Positions 56,506 to 60,654 of a DNA stretch of 60,654 nucleotides are shown here, one piece after another. The position numbers were made by a program, and so were the translations under genes. The notes below the pieces were generated by a model. The model was not told where the DNA came from and did not search any database. It saw only the letters and a program-made list of their open reading frames with translations. Positions within the stretch are counted from its first letter, which is position 1. Each line of letters opens with the position of its first letter. The DNA is from a virus (lineage: Duplodnaviria; Caudoviricetes), in the IMG/VR virus record IMGVR_UViG_3300031999_000020, positions 1 to 60,654 of that record, one strand, 5' to 3'.

Positions 56506-56579
56506 ATTTAGACTTGTCTCAATATGAACCTCAATGTAGCATACACCTAAGAAAACTTAAACGATAGAGGTAAAATTCA

Positions 56580-58523
56580 TTGGCTGCACTGCAGGGATGG
56601 CTCCGCAAGCTACTGGAAGCAGAAGACTGGGAGCCGCGACAACTTGGTGATGGCTCCTGGGTCATCGACGTGTACGGCATGGAACTGCCGGCCATCCACC
56701 CCGCCGCAGTGCATCTCAAGGTCTACAAGGAAACCAAGAACCCGGAACTCAAATTCATCCATATGAAGAAGGCCCACGACTTCATATGGCCCAAGGAGGT
56801 AGCGTCCTGGCATCGGTGGACAGAGAGACGCTTCCGCGCACACTGTGACGGCTGGTCGGTCATTCCCTGGGCAGGGCCGGCTTCATCAGCAAAGAGTTAC
56901 GACGCCGCAAAGATTGCGTTGCTGTTCTGGATGGCCAACGCCCACGGCCGCACATCCATCGTGATGAGCACGACGCTGGAATCACTGAATAGTCGTATCT
57001 ATGGGTATTGCTTAGACCTATTGTCTTCGATGGAAATCGAGTTCCCCGCCAGGGCCTACAACGGCTCCCCGCCGCGCATCGGCTACCTGTACGACGATGG
57101 GCACTCAGATTTCAAACATTGTATTAAAGCTCTTGCGGCAAAGAGGGGGGATACCTCGGCGACAATACAAAACTTGATTGGGCGCCATCCGAAAGAGGGA
57201 CTCCTGGTAATCTTGGACGAAGGCCCCGATCTGCCGGTGGCACTGCTCGAAGCCATCCCCAACTGGGAGCAGACACCGTTGTTCCAGCTGCTCTGCATGG
57301 GCAATTCATCGTCCCGCTTCGACCTGCACGGCTCGCTGGCCACACCCGAGGCTGGTTGGGAAAACATCGACCCAATGAAACAGTTTGAGTGGCCATGTGT
57401 TCGAAATAACTCGATTTGTCTATACTTCAACCCATATGACTCCCCAGCAATCTCGGAGCCAGACCCCGGCCGCAAGGCGCTGCTTAGCCGCTTCCTGCCG
57501 ACCGACGACAAGATTGAGGCATCCAAGCAGGCTTGGGGTGAGGACTCGGAGCAGTTTTGGCGTATGGGCCTCGGCATTTGGAAGTCGGACAAGACAGAAA
57601 ACGTAGTACTATCAAAAGCCTTCATCGAAGAATACAAAGTACAGGGGGGTGTGGAGTGGGCGCCTAATCAGGACTTGGCCCTGGTCGGCGGATTAGATAT
57701 CGCATTTAGCGTAGGCGGCGACCAATGCATCCTGCGTTTAGCTGTCCTGGGCTGGGATACGTACGGCAACTGGGTAATGGACTTCCGCGGCAAGGAGTTG
57801 ATGTTTAAAATCGAAATCCGGCCGTCAGTCGCCCAGTCAGCCGAACAACAGATATCAGAACAGGTACTTGAAATACTCGGACACTTCGGTATCAGACTGT
57901 CCGCAGTCGCACTGGACGCCAACGGGCAGGGTAGGGCGGTGGGTGAGGTCATCCGTCTTAACGCGGTGACAAACACGAAATGGAACCGCCTGGTATCCGC
58001 CGGGGAGCACATGATTAAGATTTATGCTGTCCGCCGCGGCAACGCCAACGTCTCGGCGTTTGATGTAACCATTAAGAATAGTTACGAACTCTGGAATGAC
58101 CTGAGAACATATATTCAAAATAATCAGATTAGAGGTTTAGACGAAGTAACAGTCATGCAGCTAACGACAAGGAAGGTGTCAGTGCAGAACGGCATCATGC
58201 GCCTGGAAGAGAAGACCGACTACCGCAACCGCATGAAACACGTGGTTCCAGCGCTTGCGCACTCCCCAGATGAGGCTGACGCAGCATCACTGTGCCTACA
58301 GGCTGCCATACTGAAATACGGCTTCCAGGTGGGCGCTAAGCGCTCGTGGAAGATAGAGGGCCTGGGGCAGTTGGAGAGTCAAAAGCTGCAGGCTGCGATT
58401 TACACCGGTCAGTTTCAGAAGATTACCGAGCGCCCGCGAGTTGCGGCAATGGAAATAGCCGCGGGGTACGGCGGCGACATCTATTCGCTCGGCAGCAACG
58501 GAATGTTTAAGTCCGGCTACTAA
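56580..58523 (+). CDS. terL: Terminase large subunit
   Basis: Walker A variant GPASSAKS, VILDE, MGN; nuclease GLDIAFSVGGD and SPDEADA. Confidence 0.85.
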   Translation: MAALQGWLRKLLEAEDWEPRQLGDGSWVIDVYGMELPAIHPAAVHLKVYKETKNPELKFIHMKKAHDFIWPKEVASWHRWTERRFRAHCDGWSVIPWAGPASSAKSYDAAKIALLFWMANAHGRTSIVMSTTLESLNSRIYGYCLDLLSSMEIEFPARAYNGSPPRIGYLYDDGHSDFKHCIKALAAKRGDTSATIQNLIGRHPKEGLLVILDEGPDLPVALLEAIPNWEQTPLFQLLCMGNSSSRFDLHGSLATPEAGWENIDPMKQFEWPCVRNNSICLYFNPYDSPAISEPDPGRKALLSRFLPTDDKIEASKQAWGEDSEQFWRMGLGIWKSDKTENVVLSKAFIEEYKVQGGVEWAPNQDLALVGGLDIAFSVGGDQCILRLAVLGWDTYGNWVMDFRGKELMFKIEIRPSVAQSAEQQISEQVLEILGHFGIRLSAVALDANGQGRAVGEVIRLNAVTNTKWNRLVSAGEHMIKIYAVRRGNANVSAFDVTIKNSYELWNDLRTYIQNNQIRGLDEVTVMQLTTRKVSVQNGIMRLEEKTDYRNRMKHVVPALAHSPDEADAASLCLQAAILKYGFQVGAKRSWKIEGLGQLESQKLQAAIYTGQFQKITERPRVAAMEIAAGYGGDIYSLGSNGMFKSGY

Positions 58524-58803
58524 TCGTTCGTGCGACTGCAGCGCGCATGGACTTTAGGATTTCACGCGTGTATCCATCCGGATGCACCAGTATAACGCCA
58601 TCGTCGAACTCAAGAGCATATAGTTTACGCGATTGACGAAATATGTCAAGAAGTTTCTTTTGCGGGATTTTGAGGGCGTTGGCGATAGAGGATAGAGGGA
58701 TATATTTCCGCAGCTTGTGTGGTCTGAGCCGATATCTTATGTGAACAGCCCGTTCAACCGATGGAATAGACTTTTGGCTTAGTTGGGGTACTCTCAGTAT
58801 CAT
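58507..58803 (-). CDS. Hypothetical winged-helix-like protein
   Basis: IPLSSIANALKIPQKKLLDIF. Confidence 0.5.
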   Translation of the reverse strand: MILRVPQLSQKSIPSVERAVHIRYRLRPHKLRKYIPLSSIANALKIPQKKLLDIFRQSRKLYALEFDDGVILVHPDGYTREILKSMRAAVARTISSRT

Positions 58804-59092
58804 TTTCGAGATTCAGGAATTTACGTCTTAAGTTGAGTAGACCGCGTGTAGCATTAATGAGTGTGTTTACACTGTGCGTGTTGTGGTTTGTCTTTCGGAG
58901 TTGGTCGTACAGCAGACATGCATCAGCGTGAATTATCTCGGCTGCGGCTTCGAGTTCAGTTGCTTGTGGCGTGTCGTGGGTTATTTTAATTGGAGCAAAG
59001 GGGACCTTAGATAATTCGGAGGCGATATCGGGATGCATGGGGTCCGGTGGGAGGCAGGAAGGGGGGAGGATGGGGAGGGATTTGCGCGGCAT
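58754..59092 (-). CDS. Hypothetical protein
   Basis: 112 aa ORF between the terminase and the HNH gene. Confidence 0.5.
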   Translation of the reverse strand: MPRKSLPILPPSCLPPDPMHPDIASELSKVPFAPIKITHDTPQATELEAAAEIIHADACLLYDQLRKTNHNTHSVNTLINATRGLLNLRRKFLNLENDTESTPTKPKVYSIG

Positions 59093-59139
59093 ACTAGAAG
59101 TATATCATAAAAGGTGGAGGAGGTGAAGTAGTTGATAAA

Positions 59140-59622
59140 TTAATCTATATGCCTCCAAGTCCGTCCTGTACGGGCCTTCCAGATCGTTGCGCGGCATACG
59201 CCTAGTGTTCTAGCCCAAGTATTATTACTTGAGTTATCGTCCGCGCGAATAGCGCGTATATCACTATATGTTAGTTTAAGTCTTGGACCAGATGAATACT
59301 TATTGAACGGCTTATTTGCATTCTCGCGCCGCGTTTCGTACTTTAAATTAGATAGATGATTATTCAGCTTATCGCCATCCTGATGCGAAACGTCATGTCC
59401 AGGAGGCCGCGAACCGATCCAAGTTAAAGCGACCATAGCATGCAGGTCGTATCCTTTAGGCTTAGCGCCTGGGTATGTGAATACAAGACCTCGATAACCA
59501 CACTGTTTAATTGGAGTCTTACGAATACGGCGATTCTGACGACGGCGTACACGCCCATGGGTACTCACAGCGTACCGGCTATCAAGAGGAAAAGGTCGCC
59601 AGCGCTCACGTGTATCTTCCAT
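59140..59622 (-). CDS. NUMOD4-HNH homing endonuclease
   Basis: ERWRPF..YAVSTHGRVR; HAMVALTWIG; VSHQDGDKLNNHLSNLKYETRREN. Confidence 0.9.
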   Translation of the reverse strand: MEDTRERWRPFPLDSRYAVSTHGRVRRRQNRRIRKTPIKQCGYRGLVFTYPGAKPKGYDLHAMVALTWIGSRPPGHDVSHQDGDKLNNHLSNLKYETRRENANKPFNKYSSGPRLKLTYSDIRAIRADDNSSNNTWARTLGVCRATIWKARTGRTWRHID

Positions 59623-59628
59623 GTCTCT

Positions 59629-59657
59629 TTTATACGCTACAGCTATAAGGGAGTCAA
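59629..59657 (-). promoter_or_regulatory. Sigma70-like promoter (near-leaderless HNH transcript)
   Basis: TTGACT-N17-TATAAA, with the ATG 6 nt downstream. Confidence 0.6.
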
Positions 59658-60130
59658 GAGTTTATTGTAAGATGAATACTAATTAACTCACGGAGATGGG
59701 TTAAATAGTTGATTATATTAGATAATCAGCGACGGGGGGCTTCGATTCCAAACGCGCTCGTGCGCGTATTCTGAAATAAGAAAGTATTCATTTTTACCCA
59801 CACACACGCATTGACCGATAACATCGGTTATAGGTCAATTTGCTCATTATAACATGTTGATAACACAATATAATTTTCAGCAATGATCTTATCAATAACT
59901 TAGCGCAATTGACATCAAGGCCTTACGGCAACTACTGCCCCTGCTTATGACATGATATTGTGTGCAGTGCTTTCAGCTACTTGCGCAGATTTGACTTTGC
60001 AATCCCGCGTAATCGTTCATTTAATAGTTGAGTTTGTCGCTTTACAATTAACTCAACGCGATTTAAAACAACACTTTAAAAGATTTAATGCAGTGTATTC
60101 GAGTACTTGCAGATAATTAACTTTTTTTGA

Positions 60131-60159
60131 TTGAAGTCTCTGCCGCCGTCGTCGATAAT
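60131..60159 (+). promoter_or_regulatory. Putative early promoter
   Basis: TTGAAG-N17-GATAAT at the end of an AT-rich non-coding region of about 0.55 kb. Confidence 0.5.
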
Positions 60160-60215
60160 GCATTCAGAGGCGGCAATGATTAACCGCCCAAACATTTATA
60201 GCTTGGAGATACACT

Positions 60216-60428
60216 ATGACTACTAAAGAATCCCGTGACAATCACATCCTGAACATCATCCGCACCCTTACAGCTGGACAATCATCTTTGTCCTTGGAGT
60301 TCTTGGTTGAGACAGCGCTCACCGCTCCGTCGGCGCGCATCCGCCAGCACGCGCACGCACTTGCGGTCGGCAAGCGCCGCTTGCTTGACCGACAGGCACA
60401 AGGTCTTGCCATTGCGCTTCAGCAGTAA
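60216..60428 (+). CDS. Hypothetical early protein
   Basis: SD ggag; leader ttggagatacactATGACTA. Confidence 0.7.
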   Translation: MTTKESRDNHILNIIRTLTAGQSSLSLEFLVETALTAPSARIRQHAHALAVGKRRLLDRQAQGLAIALQQ

Positions 60429-60485
60429 CCCAACTGAGTGGATTATAACTAATCCACTCATTCGGTTTACTATTGGAGATATACT

Positions 60486-60654
60486 ATGACTATAACAAAA
60501 AGCCTTAAAGACGACGTAGCCCTATTCAATGGACTAATCATGAAAACTTATAAGATATGGCTCACAATTGAATGTGAAAACGACAGTCCTGAAGAAGAAG
60601 AGTATGAGAACATGAACGAAGTATCCATTAAAGAATTTAATTCCGAGGCCGAAG
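60486..60654 (+). CDS. Acidic hypothetical early protein spanning the circular join (continues to stop at 107-109)
   Basis: MTITKSLKDD...EEEEYENMNEVSIKEFNSEAEANDFCCYLESMADSYKEKQVKD*; leader ttggagatatactATGACTA. Confidence 0.75.
   Translation, partial: MTITKSLKDDVALFNGLIMKTYKIWLTIECENDSPEEEEYENMNEVSIKEFNSEAE
60614..60654. repeat. Terminal direct repeat, right copy
   Basis: Identical to 1-41. Confidence 0.95.

Overview
The window looks like a complete, circularly assembled genome (about 60.6 kb) of an uncharacterised tailed dsDNA phage; bases 1-41 are repeated exactly at 60614-60654. I see no tape measure, sheath, integrase or RNA polymerase gene, so it is probably podovirus-like. The left part (about 0.2-22.9 kb, mostly + strand) carries early and replication genes: a soluble lytic transglycosylase, an inverted primase-SF3 helicase next to an iteron-like repeat field, a SNF2 helicase, a DUF2800-like nuclease, a DUF2815-like SSB, a family A DNA polymerase and a RuvC-like resolvase. 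It also carries many accessory genes: a probable Acb2/Tad1-like anti-defence protein, a tyrosine phosphatase, a captured and partly broken double-methyltransferase cassette, metallo- and papain-like proteases, a PLA2-like protein, glycosyltransferases and an unannotated secreted knottin-like peptide. The right part (22.9-56.5 kb, - strand) is the virion module: portal, scaffold, capsid with a Cys-rich extension, fibre/decoration proteins, tail tubular proteins and ejection proteins including a 2334-aa polyvalent protein. An inverted terminase follows. The most unusual part is 36.5-49 kb. It is built largely from paralog pairs, and Cys-rich proteins without signal peptides alternate with fibre-like proteins that have clear Sec-type signal peptides. 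This suggests that some virion appendages are exported and join the particle outside the cytoplasm, or serve as host-envelope proteins. All calls come from reading motifs by eye; no database searches were run.
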